DNA of 63,836 nucleotides, filler included, from Lama guanicoe (GCA_013239625.1; 90 parts of 90 records of this genome joined end to end with filler, not necessarily neighbours in it); one strand, 5' to 3'. Positions 35,348 to 49,497 are shown, counted from the first letter of the whole stretch. Notes: generated by a model not told the origin, from the letters alone. Made by a program: numbers and translations.

Positions 35348-38300
35348 NNNNNNNNNNNNNNNNNNNNNNNNNNNNNNNNNNNNNNNNNNNNTTAATTAAT
35401 TAANNNNNNNNNNNNNNNNNNNNNNNNNNNNNNNNNNNNNNNNNNNNGTTTTCTATTATTGAGGTGGGGGAGGGAAATACAGGAGGTTAGAAAGGGAAAA
35501 AGTTAATTTTTCAAGGGCAAACAAAAAAGATCAGAACCCCTTCTCAGCCGTTATTTAGTGATATACCTTTTCAAAAACTTAGTGTCCTAAAACAATTGCC
35601 CAAAATGTTTCAATTTACATATTTATATCTCAGTAAAACATTGTGATGTAGGTCATTACTAATATAGCAGGAGACAAGGCATTGGGATATTGGAGACTGA
35701 TCAGTTGCTAGGCTGTTCTTGTTAACATGCAGACTCCGGAGTGAAGATTACATTTGCATATTTCTTTTCTTGTCCAGGATGACACACATTTCTCTTTGCC
35801 TGCCTAATACTATTATCATGTTTGAACATTCTTGTCCTGGGAATTAATTTTCCATAGGTTTTTCTGTTTGCTCCATTTCTTCACTTTATCTTTGATTCTT
35901 TTAAAATGTGTGTTTTTACAATTCTGTCATTAGCTAGTAAATTGTACAAAACAGCATTTTCTTTGATGTTTGTTTTACTTTTTTACTTTGGTTTTGACTC
36001 CTCAGAGAGGATGCAGTGAGGATTTGACATGGGATGCTGTGCTTTTTTTAATATTTATGATTTGCCCCGTTCCTGAGCTCCATTTCATAAGCATGTTTAT
36101 TGCCCTAAACATTTAAAGCTTGGATTTTGTTTCTCAAACACTCTCTACTCTCATTTCTACTGTAAGCAAATAGAACTATATACATCACCAAACATATCCT
36201 CAAACATAATAGTATGAATCCCAACAATTACATGTATAGGGATATATTACATAAATATACAGGAAATGCATCAGAATGAGAAATATGAATATAAATGTAA
36301 GTTTAAAACGTGCCATTGAAGGTTTGTACTTGAATGAGAGACTTTTAAAGGAAAGAAAAATGGGAAAGAAAAAGTGAGNNNNNNNNNNNNNNNNNNNNNN
36401 NNNNNNNNNNNNNNNNNNNNNNTTAATTAATTAANNNNNNNNNNNNNNNNNNNNNNNNNNNNNNNNNNNNNNNNNNNNAGAAGTGGAGAAGATATGCAGT
36501 CATCTGTCAGCATTTCTCAAAGAAGTTAAATAAAGTATGAGCTAATTTAAAAAGTTACCATCACCAGCAATGGGTGAGAGTCACGTGGGGTATGCTCTGC
36601 CAACCATCTACTCTCTCATCGGGAAGGATAAATGAGATTCTGCTGAGGTTGGAAATCTTTACAGATATGCTTTGTAAGTCCTATAACTACTGTACAGGTG
36701 AGGGATGAAAATAATTAGCTCTTATGTCTTGGTTTCAGCATGAGTTCCCTTCTCTTCCTGATGGATGGAGTAGAGAGAAATGTTATGTAAGCTCCTAAGA
36801 GAGTCCCCCGTTTATGCACAGTGGAAGCTTTTAGTGATGTTTGGTATAAAAGCACAGGCTAAATTATTATTAAAGATTGAAAAAAAGAAAGAGGACAGAA
36901 GAAGAGATGCAGAGAGCTTTTGTTTTGATAAAATAATACACCGGTAGCTCCATTCTTCTATTTCCTTTCTAATATACTCGTTGATCTACTGATGAAACCT
37001 CACCAAACAATTAAAAATCATCTCGTAATAAGTAGCTTGGGTTCCAATGATAATTTTGCACTTAAAAGGTAAATACATTTTATGCACAGCGTGGAACATA
37101 GTGTAAATTACAAAAACACCATAAGCGGCATTTGATACCTAATATTTTGCTGCATATATCGNNNNNNNNNNNNNNNNNNNNNNNNNNNNNNNNNNNNNNN
37201 NNNNNTTAATTAATTAANNNNNNNNNNNNNNNNNNNNNNNNNNNNNNNNNNNNNNNNNNNNGGGCTGGCTAAACACTGAGAGCGGCAGACCCGAGAGGCC
37301 TGTTGAGAAATGAGCCCGGGACCAAGGCAATACTTCACCACCTAAGGCGCCGGCAGGTCCCTGTGAGGCAAGAGGAGGGGGTCCGCTTTGTGCTGCTGTG
37401 CCGTGTTTGTCATGGAGATGAGCTGGAGGGACCTTGACAAGGGCTGGGAGTGGGGACAGTCCAGAGAAGTGGCCGCTGCCCTTTTTTCTATTTGTATCCA
37501 CTTTCCTCGTTTTTACTTTCTCGGGGTGTCTAGGCGCTGTGAGTGATACCGCCCCAGCGTGCACGCTGCCATCGTCTCACNNNNNNNNNNNNNNNNNNNN
37601 NNNNNNNNNNNNNNNNNNNNNNNNTTAATTAATTAANNNNNNNNNNNNNNNNNNNNNNNNNNNNNNNNNNNNNNNNNNNNGGGACTGTGGAATGCTGTGC
37701 TGATTTCTTTTTCAATTTTAAGTTATGAAATATTTTGAGCATAAAGAGAAGTACAAAAAATACAAACACCTATGTACCACAGACCAAGAATCAACAGATG
37801 CTAATATTTTGCCACATTTGTTTCAGATCTTATTTTTAATAGGAATTAAGTTATAAATACAGCAAAATGTCACCACCAATTCCTTTCCCTGCTCTTCTCT
37901 CCAAAGAGTATCATTATCTAAATTGCTGTTTATCATTCCCATATATATTTATTTTTACTACTTAGCATTTAGAGATACTATTTGCCATTGTTTTGCATTC
38001 TTCCTCATCCTCCTGACTCAACCTTGGAGAATTTCAGAGAGCAGTCTTTTGAACTTCCTATCTGTATTCTTTCTGGTGATCTCATCTGTCCCATGGGCTT
38101 GAATACCCTGTGTATACTGTTGATCCCTCAAATGAGATTTCCTCAGCATCTNNNNNNNNNNNNNNNNNNNNNNNNNNNNNNNNNNNNNNNNNNNNTTAAT
38201 TAATTAANNNNNNNNNNNNNNNNNNNNNNNNNNNNNNNNNNNNNNNNNNNNCTGGAAGTTAACTAAATCATACATTGAAAAGAGATGGAAAGTTTAATTA

Positions 38301-40900
38301 TATAAGGTGCTTAAGGTCTTCATGAAGGGACTGAGTAACAGAGGGCCTGTCTCATTTTAAACCTTTTACTATTATTCAGGTTATCTGTATATCATACTTA
38401 ACATTTATAAGCCTTCCATTCATCTTTTCTATTTATTCATAAAATGTTGCATAGATTGCTTGCTGTACAGCACAACTTGATGGAAAATGGAGTTCAATAT
38501 ACTGGTGTTTAATGTATGACATTTTGATTGTAGTTTAACTTTTAGTTTTGATTTTAAAATGGGAATGATGTACCTAAAAGCTAAAAGATAAGTAACTGAA
38601 CATACAGCAGTTCACAATACCCAAAATAAATTTTATTATGTAAGAAAAATATTTACTAATTAGGCACATTTACATACTTGTAGTTACTAATTATGTTCTC
38701 TTGACAAAAGACCGTCTTCCTTCTTTAACATCTGTGTTGCCTTAATCCTATGCTTTGAATAGANNNNNNNNNNNNNNNNNNNNNNNNNNNNNNNNNNNNN
38801 NNNNNNNTTAATTAATTAANNNNNNNNNNNNNNNNNNNNNNNNNNNNNNNNNNNNNNNNNNNNCCTTCACTGCCCCATGAGTTACGTCCTCCTGGGAATC
38901 TCTCAGATACACGTGTGAGAGTTGACCTACCTTCCTCTGTCTTGGGTAGCACGTTAGACTTACTTCTGTTGCAGCTAAGGTGTTTCACACTGTCAATCAT
39001 CTTTTACTTGCAATTGTCTCTATATTGAATGTGAGGGCTTTAAGAAAAGAATTCTATTGTATTTACCTTTAGCTTAGCACCATGCTTGGTACATAATAAG
39101 TGCACAGTAAATATTTTCCAAATGATAGAATAAATGAAAAGAAATAGAATTGCATTAGGATGATCTATGTATTTAATTACCACAATTTCTTGGTCATCTA
39201 AATCAGAATGGTATTGTGTTTATTAAGGAAACTCATATGCATTCTCATTCCCGGAAAGGACCCTTAGGAAATTGCTGTTAAAGGTATAAGAAAAGTGAAC
39301 AGACCCTTGAGATTGCAGAAGAAATCTTTGTCAGTGATACGTAATTCCTAAATCAAACAGTAGGTGGGGCATTCATCTCTTATTCTAGTCGCTCTGGAAT
39401 GTGCCTGAAACCAATAAAGAAGATGAGCTTTGATGGTCCCGATGTAGCTGCACTTTAGAGCTGTTATTTCAATATCTCTCAGTATAAACTGAACTAGATT
39501 CACATATTAAATTATTAACAAGCTAGCTTAAAAAGTGAAATCAAGGCGAAAACAAGTGGCAGAGGAAAGCTATAAAACAAAGGANNNNNNNNNNNNNNNN
39601 NNNNNNNNNNNNNNNNNNNNNNNNNNNNTTAATTAATTAANNNNNNNNNNNNNNNNNNNNNNNNNNNNNNNNNNNNNNNNNNNNCTCAACTATAGATGAC
39701 AGCATATTGGAAACATTCTACTATAGAATCAAACTCACTTCAGTATGAACAAGACTATCTTTTCCTGCGTGCCACTGACAACTACATGCACCCCTTTTTT
39801 GAATGGAGAAGTATGTAAAAGTCCTAGTGGTTCACCTTTCCTCTGGACATTTAAGGTATGCATTCATGTTATTTTAGGAATGAAGTGAACATTTGAATTA
39901 TGGAGTACTATTTAATCTGTGCATAGAACATATTTTTTATATTCTCTATTAATCAATGGATATTTCTAATAGGAAAACACTTGTATGCAACTTAGATAGA
40001 AGTAAACGTTTCTTTTATGTACTGAATTGTTTCAACTCACTATGTTTCCACTTACTCTGGGGTAAAAATAAAAAGGATTTCATTATCTGAAAGAGCCATT
40101 ACAATTTTTTTTCCTTTTGTCAAACATACTTTGGATTTTGGTGAATCATATTTTNNNNNNNNNNNNNNNNNNNNNNNNNNNNNNNNNNNNNNNNNNNNTT
40201 AATTAATTAANNNNNNNNNNNNNNNNNNNNNNNNNNNNNNNNNNNNNNNNNNNNGGGGGGCTCCAAGGCAGAAAGTCATAAATATTAAGAGGAAGTTACT
40301 GAGCGGAATAAAAGGAATTGCGTTATATGATCTAGATCACACCAAAGTAAGCCTCACTGCAGACCCCCCCGAAACGCAGCAAACCAACCCCAAAACAGTG
40401 TTTCATTTTCCTCCAGGAGCCTTAAATCTTGTTTTCCCACTTGTGTCTCATTCTTCACTGGGTCTTAGACATTCATTTTAATTAACCCTATGGTACTTCT
40501 CCTATTCTTGTTTTGTTCTTTTCAAAATCAAATCTAATAAAACGTTTCACCCTTGCTTTCCCATGCTTCCCACGGGCCCAAGTACTGAGCATCTGCTTTA
40601 CTTTTAAACTGTCTGTTTCTTCCCTAAGTCAACAAAACCCCAAGGCTGTACATAGCCAACGGATCGCAAACGGCAGAAAGTACCGTAATTCTTCTAATAC
40701 ACTTCGATCTGGTAGTCTTGGGAAAGCTCCACAATTCCAAATCATATCCCCAGACGAAAGTTGTGTTAAATTTGTTGTTAAGCCTTCTACTTACAACTTA
40801 NNNNNNNNNNNNNNNNNNNNNNNNNNNNNNNNNNNNNNNNNNNNTTAATTAATTAANNNNNNNNNNNNNNNNNNNNNNNNNNNNNNNNNNNNNNNNNNNN

Positions 40901-41181
40901 AATAGAAAATAGAAAAGAGAATATAGAACCCAGAATTTAGAACATGGATAGCAGAACACATTATTTAGAATATAGTATACAGAATACTTAATAAACAATT
41001 AAAAATTGAATGTAGAGCACAGAATATAGAATATAAAATACATAATACTGAATATAGAATTTAGAGTATACAATGTAAACAACAGAATAAAAATACAGCT
41101 AAAAGAATATTTAAGCCAGATTTTGTAACATGGAAATCAGAACTCAGAATTTCGAATATAGAACACTGAATACTGAATATA
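40901..41181 (+). repeat. AT-rich satellite built from degenerate AGAATAT heptamers
   Basis: Tandem AGAATAT/AGAATAC/AGAACAC variants fill the whole fragment. Confidence 0.9.
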
Positions 41182-41281
41182 NNNNNNNNNNNNNNNNNNN
41201 NNNNNNNNNNNNNNNNNNNNNNNNNTTAATTAATTAANNNNNNNNNNNNNNNNNNNNNNNNNNNNNNNNNNNNNNNNNNNN

Positions 41282-41526
41282 GGGTTATACGGTCAAATGA
41301 CTTATTGACAGTTTACACAGTAAGTACCAGGTCTGCAGGGTTAAAGCAAGTAGTAAATTACCCTGATCCTTTACGAGATTAAGGAGGAATGTTTTCGCCT
41401 AAGGAGGTCTGATTAATGCAGATGAGCAATACACTCTAAGGGGGAGGGAAGAGGCCCAAACTGGCAGAGAAAAATTTTGTTTAAATTTTTATTTTCTTGC
41501 CATAAAATACGAATTTTATTTCATCA
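41282..41526 (-). mobile_element. ERV LTR 5' portion (antisense), next to a second LTR-like segment at 41527-41652
   Basis: Reverse complement begins TGATGAAATAAAATTCGTATTTT. The adjacent segment begins TGAAAAGCAACAATTAC on the same strand. Confidence 0.5.
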
Positions 41527-41974
41527 ATTATCAGAGAGTTATTTGGGGGTGGCAAAAGATCAGGGTGGGCAAATGGGCCTAGATGAGGCATAAAAAAAGT
41601 AGTTGGGGGCTCAGATTTTTGATATGACCAGTCTTTGTAATTGTTGCTTTCAAATGTTTCTGAAAAGCATTTTTTCCCATACGGCTTGGGACATCAGTAG
41701 AGAGGTGGACCAGAGACTGCATTTAACCAGCTGGTGGACAAGGTAGGGACTGGGAAGATGGCGGAAACCATCAGAGGGAGAAGGGTATTTAACAGGCATT
41801 ATTGGCCAGGAGGTAAGGAAGGAGTATCTATGACGAGGCGGGACTGCGGAACGAGACTTTTGGGGACCACACAACCACAATGAGGGACAAAGTCCACAGC
41901 AGGCCCGCTGTAGCCTGCGAAGGCACTTGCCAACCCCACCTCTGCCAGCCTGCACTTGACCCAGAGACCTCTAC

Positions 41975-42040
41975 GGGTCCGGACCTCTCACTCCGTTCCA
42001 CGCCGCGCGGCCCGCCGCGGCCCGCCCACCCCTCCCGCCC
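41975..42040. promoter_or_regulatory. Edge of a CpG island with GC boxes
   Basis: CACGCCGCGCGGCCCGCCGCGGCCCGCCCACCCCTCCCGCCC: dense CpG and two CCCGCCC boxes. The fragment terminates inside it. Confidence 0.55.
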
Positions 42041-44879
42041 NNNNNNNNNNNNNNNNNNNNNNNNNNNNNNNNNNNNNNNNNNNNTTAATTAATTAANNNN
42101 NNNNNNNNNNNNNNNNNNNNNNNNNNNNNNNNNNNNNNNNATAATTTTAATAGAATGAACACTGGGTCCTGTCTGATTAAGTCCTTTCTCCTAAAGCGTG
42201 GTCAGTCGTGGCTGCTGAGTTTTAACCAGTTTCGTGCGGGCACTCATTTACAACAAGCAAAGTGCCTTTACGCAGGAGCAGGGATGATACCATCTTCCAG
42301 ACCATCCTCTCTCTTCCCGACAAATCTGCCCAGTGTCCCCCCTTATCTGACTACTTAATATTCACCTTGCTACAAATCCAGTTCCTTTCTGTGTAGGTCC
42401 TGGCACTGCTAATTCCATTGTCATTCAGGTAGGCATATTCCCCAACTCCTGTGATGGCAAACCTAAAACCAAACACAAAAATATTAACAACAAGAAAAAC
42501 GAAACATCATAGGTTAGACACCAGCATTTATTCCTCATGTATGTCCTATTATCATAGGTAAAAATATCTACTCCAGGTATCTTTAATGTGAACAAGAGAA
42601 AAGTGAAAATCTGTCATTCACATCTCTTCTTAAATATACACCATTTCTGTATTCCATTCCTTTTATATTCTCTTGAGTATCGCGAGATTAGCACCACCAA
42701 TAACACACGCAGCTGGTACCGAGCAGGTGTTTAACGAGTACTTGCTGTTGTAGCCAAGTGAGCTGTGGCCTTCGGGGGCCTCCAGTGAGNNNNNNNNNNN
42801 NNNNNNNNNNNNNNNNNNNNNNNNNNNNNNNNNTTAATTAATTAANNNNNNNNNNNNNNNNNNNNNNNNNNNNNNNNNNNNNNNNNNNNCTTCTCCGCTG
42901 GATATGCCAATGCGTGTCGGTGCAGGTCGACTCTTCCACCTCGGTAGGTGCGGTGGGCAGCAGGACAGAGGCTGAGCAGGGGGCCCCAGCGCTGTGGGGG
43001 GCACGTGGCGTGCAAACTTGGCTGTTCCCTGAGCTGAGGGGCTTGGGGGTGGTGATCCCTAGAAGGGCCAGGCCGCGCCGCCCTGCGGGGGAGATGTGCA
43101 TGGGCAGCTCCTTGCTCCTGAGGGCTCCCACTTCTCCCCGTTTCCAGTACCCCCGTGGGGCCTTGTGGCCTCTGTGGACACTTAGGGCCTAAGCTGTGGG
43201 GAGCCCCAGGCTAGAGGCATATCTAGACCCTGGCTGGGCCTCAGGCAGGGTAGCGCTAGCCTTTACTCTCAGGTGAGAGCAGCGGGAATCGGGGCAGAAA
43301 GGGCCCTGGTCTCACCAGGTTGGCAGGGCAGGATCAAAGAGGCCCAACCTGAACTGTGGGTGAATGTGGGTGGGTGGGTGTTGTCAGCATGTGTGGCTGT
43401 GTATGTGCCTGGCACCATGTTGATGTCACTGTAAGAGAGCATCCTAGCTTGTGTTGGTGTGTGCATGACTGTCAGCCTGTTAGAGTGAACACAGTGTCTG
43501 CCTGTTTCCCTGGTGTGTGTGTCTATGTGTCTCTCATTGTGGGTGTGGGAGTGTGTATGTATCTGATTGTGGCGATGGCAGCCCAATCCTGGACAGCCCT
43601 AGAGTTTCCCAAGGCCCAGGTGTTGGGGGCTGGCAGATGGTCTGGGGAANNNNNNNNNNNNNNNNNNNNNNNNNNNNNNNNNNNNNNNNNNNNTTAATTA
43701 ATTAANNNNNNNNNNNNNNNNNNNNNNNNNNNNNNNNNNNNNNNNNNNNCAAGCAAAAGGGTGAGTAACAATGAGTCAAAAGGGAGATTCCCTATAAAGG
43801 TCAGAGAGGAAGGGATGCCAAGATTCAGTCTGAGTTCATTTCTATTTATCAGATAACTAGAGACCTTGTCAATATTCTGGAATCCATGTCAGCACATGAA
43901 ACAAAGAATCTCTGACCTATTAGTGATTTCCCTGCACTTTTAAACTCCCAAAGCTCATGTTATCTATAATGCCAACCAAAAAAAAAAACCCACATTGACT
44001 TTAACAACAGTAATAATTAGAATACTCTAAAAGAAAGCTATCTGAACTCCAAGGGAAATTAGTGAGGAAAAGAAAACAGAAGAGTGAAGACATTATGGTA
44101 GTAGATATCACTAGCTAATACAATATGGGAAGAATTCAATAATTTTAATTACTTAATTTTGGGGAGGTGATAAGAAGAAACAAATATAGAGTAGTACTTG
44201 TCAGAAACAGAAATGGGGCTTACAAAAACAATGACCTATTTCTATGTCAAGAGACGTCTCCAGGATTTTTCTTAGCATCTTTCCCACTCCTTTCAAGTCA
44301 GCTGCATCCCCTCTTTATTTATCATCCTCTGTGCCTGTGAGCTCTCAGAAAATAGTAAGTGGTATGGCAGGATAGATAAAACAGGGCTGGCTGGAAGCAC
44401 TGAGAAGAGGTGGGAACCAGTAATGCATCATGTCAAGAAGACCATTTGGGGAGTAAAGAAGAAAATTTTAGAGAGAGGAGAGTTGAACAGGAGGAAGAAC
44501 ATCTCTCATAAGTAGCTAACAAATATTTTTGCTTAATTCTTCCACAGAAATTGATGTCTCAAGATACAGTTCTGANNNNNNNNNNNNNNNNNNNNNNNNN
44601 NNNNNNNNNNNNNNNNNNNTTAATTAATTAANNNNNNNNNNNNNNNNNNNNNNNNNNNNNNNNNNNNNNNNNNNNGTAGACTTCACATGTAAGCAAACTG
44701 TACCAAGATCTACCCAACTAGTCATGCTAAAAACTGAATCATCACACATTCTTCTCCTTCAATGGATCTCAATCAACCCAGTGGAAGATTTGGGTGTTTC
44801 TACCTCAAACTATACCTTGAATCCAAACAATTCCCTCTGTCCTCAGTACAAATGCCTCAATCCAAGCTCACTGAACCTC

Positions 44880-45205
44880 TTCCCTGGGTATCCTCCTGGC
44901 TGGTTCTGCTCCCGCAGGTCTCATACAGATGTCACCTCCTCCGTGAGGTCTTCCCTGCCAGCACACCCAAAGCAGGGGGCCTCACTTCCATTCACTCTTT
45001 GACGCATCACCTCAGTTTACTTCTTTCACTTAACACATGACATAATTATCTTGAGAATTTTCCCTTTGTTTTTACCTGTTTACTGCCTGTCTCCCCACAC
45101 AAGAAAACAAGCTCTACGCGGACAAAGACCTCGTCTGTTTTGTCCACCCATATATCCCCAAAGCCTAGCACAGTGCCTCACACATATGAATAATTAAATG
45201 ACTGA
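44880..45205 (+). mobile_element. LINE-2 3' end
   Basis: GATGTCACCTCCTCCGTGAGGTCTTCCCTG...CTGTCTCCCC...GCCTAGCACAGTGCC...TGAATAATTAAATGA. Confidence 0.75.
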
Positions 45206-46079
45206 AAGTCAGAGGGCAAGAAAAACCAACAGCCTACAACAAACCTCAAGGAAATGAGACTGGTAGCAGTATATTTCCCATCAAATCACAGAATCCCAGA
45301 GCTTGAAGAAAACCTGTGGTTTACCTTTCCACTTTTGGAGTTCAGACATAATGTCAAAGACATCACCCACTGATTAATCATATAAGCGAGAAATGGAAAA
45401 TATGGTCATGATATAAAAAAACGTAACATAGTGAGGTGTTTACTTTTTATTGTATGCATACTTACTGTATCAGCTTTGAGGAACCAATATTAATTTTAAT
45501 CTACATAGTAATCTAGAATTCCACATCTTTTTTACAACAGTAAACCGTGCTCATGAGATAGCATACTTAGCACAGGGTCTGACATGCGCATCCCAAAGCA
45601 TTCATTTTACTATTTTTTATTATTCTTGTCCTTAGCNNNNNNNNNNNNNNNNNNNNNNNNNNNNNNNNNNNNNNNNNNNNTTAATTAATTAANNNNNNNN
45701 NNNNNNNNNNNNNNNNNNNNNNNNNNNNNNNNNNNNGATCGACATCCTTCTTTTCAATATGCTCCCAAAGTCTGATTTGGATTCCGCTGAACCCACCTTG
45801 TACCCTAACTGAGTGCTCCAGAGACCTTCTTGATTTCCGCTTCCTGCTGCGCCTCTGAATTGAGAACTGTGAGTGGTTTTACTTTAGGGACCGTATCCAT
45901 TTGCTCTGAGGTAACTTTTTTTTCTTTTCATGACTCACACGTCTTTAGGTACATCTTGAATGCAGTCTTATGTTTTGTGCTTCTTGCAGACAGTCCTCAG
46001 AGCTTCTGGGGAATGATATGGCAATGGGTGTATTTCTTGAACTATCCTCCCTGTGCCTCATTTACCCCCCCATAATGGA

Positions 46080-46247
46080 CATCTCAGTCAATTCAGGCTG
46101 CTGTAACCGATCTAGCATAGCCCAGGCAGCTGGTAAACAACAGGAGCTTTCTCTTCATGGTTCTGCAGACTGGGAGTCTAAGATCAGGGTGGGCACATGG
46201 TCAGCTGTGGGTGAAGGCTTGCAGGTTGCAGACTGCCAGCTTCTCAT
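46080..46247 (-). mobile_element. MaLR MLT1 LTR fragment
   Basis: CAGGCTGCTGTAAC...TAAACAACAG...CATGGTTCTGCAGACTGGGAGTCTAAGATCAGGGTG. Confidence 0.7.
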
Positions 46248-46379
46248 NNNNNNNNNNNNNNNNNNNNNNNNNNNNNNNNNNNNNNNNNNNNTTAATTAAT
46301 TAANNNNNNNNNNNNNNNNNNNNNNNNNNNNNNNNNNNNNNNNNNNNAATATATATTACTAATCAAGAACTGCCCTTAA

Positions 46380-46715
46380 GTCTTTTCTCAGATCCACGTG
46401 GCTTGTTCCCTTCCATCCTTTCAGTCCTGACTCACTGTTACCTCTCAGAGAGGCCCTCCTGGACACCCACTTATAAATGTTACTAATTGTACCCACCTAT
46501 ATTTCTTAACACTTTCTTGCTTTATTTATCTCCTTACAATTTATCACCTAGGGCTTACGTATGCATTGTTTCATGGTATATATTTTAAAACGTAAGCTCT
46601 ATGAGGACAGAGATTTTGGTCTGTTTCAGTCCTAGATATGCCCTCAGTACCATGAAAAAGTACCTGAACGTAGTAGATGGTAGGTACTCAGTAATTATTT
46701 GCTGTATGAATTAAT
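46380..46715 (+). mobile_element. LINE-2 3' end
   Basis: TCTCAGAGAGGCCCTCCTGGAC...GTAAGCTCTATGAGGACAGAGATTTTG...GTAGGTACTCAGTAATTATTTG. Confidence 0.75.
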
Positions 46716-47436
46716 AATCCTCAAAGCAGCTCTACAAGTTTTACTAACAAGGAAAATTACACCAAAGAAATATCTTGTCCAAGATTATCCAACTGAGACA
46801 AACTCAATTTGGAATTCAAGTAATTGAGATTCAACACTCCAATATACATTCTCAAATTTCATTTCCTAAGGTATGAGGGAGGTNNNNNNNNNNNNNNNNN
46901 NNNNNNNNNNNNNNNNNNNNNNNNNNNTTAATTAATTAANNNNNNNNNNNNNNNNNNNNNNNNNNNNNNNNNNNNNNNNNNNNCCTCAGCCTATTTTAGG
47001 ACTTACTCCTCCTGTCAGGAGTTCCTCCTACTCAAACAAACACTTTCCCCCCACCTTCCTCTCCCTGCTTAAGTCATCGGGTGCCACGCCACGAAGCCCT
47101 GACCTGGCAAGCTTGAGAGGAGTTTATTCCTGTTTCCCTTCACTTCCTTTTAAGGGCTCTGTCTAGGCCAAGAGTGGAACTTTCTTCTACCTTTGGGTCT
47201 CATCAACCCTCTGGTGGATTTTGCTGCCTCCCTGGCACCCTAACCAGGAGGCAAGGCACAAGACCCTTCCTCAGGGGCCCGTTGAGTATCCCTTCCTGTT
47301 ACTGATGGACTCACTCAACACAGAGATGCTGACACAGGCACCTGCCAACTGTCTCTTTCTTTTATGTTCAAGTTCTGGAAATCTTTCTTGTCTGGAGAGG
47401 AGAAAACGTACTCTGTTACCTCCAGCAGGCATTTTA

Positions 47437-47657
47437 TCCAAGCTTTTTAAAAAAACATTTCTTGAATATCTTCTTTTAAAAATTGAAGTATAGTCAGTCT
47501 ACACTGTTGTTTCAATTTCTGGGGTACAGCATAGGGATTCAGTCATACGTATGCAGACATATATTCATTTTCATATTCTTCTTCATTGTAGGTTACTACA
47601 TACTGACTATAGTTCCCTAGGCTACACAGTAGAAACTCGTTGTGTGTCCAAGCTTTT
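47437..47657 (-). mobile_element. 5'-truncated L1 3' UTR insertion with 11-bp TSD
   Basis: TCCAAGCTTTT occurs at 47437-47447 and 47647-47657, flanking an antisense L1 tail (ATTGAAGTATAGTCAGT...ATAGTTCCCTAGGCTACACAG). Confidence 0.85.
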
Positions 47658-49497
47658 CTCTTTCTTTAAGGGCAGCTGCCTTTGGACCACAAAAGATGAA
47701 GGATTCTTTGTTATCCTTTTCACAAAGTCACACCTCCCCTCTGAGGCAATGAGCACAAAATGGCTTAATTGGGGTGTAGGTGGGAGGGACTGGGGTAAAC
47801 CCCAGGGGAAGCAGAAGTGCTGGGGAAAATGTGGGCTCAGGTTTGAGAAGCATCGTCCCGTCCCAGCTCCACCGGGCTTCACTCTCCCCAGCGATTCAGG
47901 AAAGCCCCTCACTTTGTCCTTCANNNNNNNNNNNNNNNNNNNNNNNNNNNNNNNNNNNNNNNNNNNNTTAATTAATTAANNNNNNNNNNNNNNNNNNNNN
48001 NNNNNNNNNNNNNNNNNNNNNNNTACTGATGTAAAAGAGATTTTTAAAATTAGAATGCTCTATATAACTCACTTAAAATTTTACCATTTTAATAAAATGA
48101 ACACATGTTAAAAATACTAATACAAATTGTGCAGGCTTATTCAGGAAGTGATAATAAACGTGCAACAGGTGAGTAATTATGGACCAAAATTAAAAGTTTC
48201 ACAAAGGACTAAACTCCATTAAGTATTAAACAAATAAGTTTTAAGAAATGAGCATTAGATAGGAAAGTCTATGTTACCTAATTTGTTCCAGAGGATAAAT
48301 AAAAATGCATGCTCCATTTTTTTAAGAAATTGGCACTAATTCCAATAGCTGAATAAAAGGAAAAATAGAGACAAGTGCCTATTATTAGTTATAGTTATAG
48401 ATATGAATATCTTAAATAAATTATTTACTTGTGAACAACTATGTATTGTTAGTGCGTTATGCCCAAATAAAATTTAATTGAGAAATGTACTTGTGACCAC
48501 ACCTGCGAGATAACTTATTGGTGGACTTCATCTTATTAANNNNNNNNNNNNNNNNNNNNNNNNNNNNNNNNNNNNNNNNNNNNTTAATTAATTAANNNNN
48601 NNNNNNNNNNNNNNNNNNNNNNNNNNNNNNNNNNNNNNNTAGAGGTCACAGGCACACAGGAGGCAGCTGTGAATGAGTGAACACTGCTTCCCTGATCTGG
48701 CCACACTCCAGACTTCTCTGGGGAGCGTCTATATTGTGCGGATGCCCCGAGGCTTCCCCTGGAGGTTCTGATTTAATTGGCTTGGGTGGAAGAGCTGTCA
48801 CATGGACTTTGACCAACTGTTCCAGTGATTTAAATGCATAGTTGGAGCTAAGGACCGATAAGATGCATTCTATAAATATACTATTCCATTGAACTACATT
48901 ATTGCATCCTTTTAACCAATGACTACATTAAAGTAGGGAGTGTGCTAGGTATCAAAATGAGGAAGCACAGTCTTTGCCCTCGAAAAACTAACAATTTGGT
49001 AACAAGAGATCGGACAGTCATTCAATAACCACATTGTTGCACGATGATGGCAGACACACGTTCTCTCAAATATGCGCTGTGTGCCTGCCCCTGAGCCCCT
49101 GACAATTTTTATCGCACTTAACCCCTAAGAGCCCCCATGAAAAAGGCATGATGATGTTTATACCCATTTACAAGATGAGGACATTGAGGCTGAGTGAATG
49201 CAAGAGTTTGGACTTGACTTAAAAATTCTCTTAACACCTGGCCTTTTAATCTGGGGGGATACAAGCTTCCAAGTTTCCTTTTTAGAGTCTAAAGTACCAC
49301 AGAAAGAGAAAGCAAATTAAGACAGTGATGGGGAAAGTCCTAACTGCGCTGGGTGTCTGCCCGGGACGAGGGGGAGCAGCGGTGTCTGGCTGGCAGCNNN
49401 NNNNNNNNNNNNNNNNNNNNNNNNNNNNNNNNNNNNNNNNNTTAATTAATTAANNNNNNNNNNNNNNNNNNNNNNNNNNNNNNNNNNNNNNNNNNNN

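Noticed and set aside
43269..43705. His/Thr-rich and Cys/Val-rich overlapping ORFs
   Set aside because: They are by-products of degenerate (TG)n low-complexity DNA.
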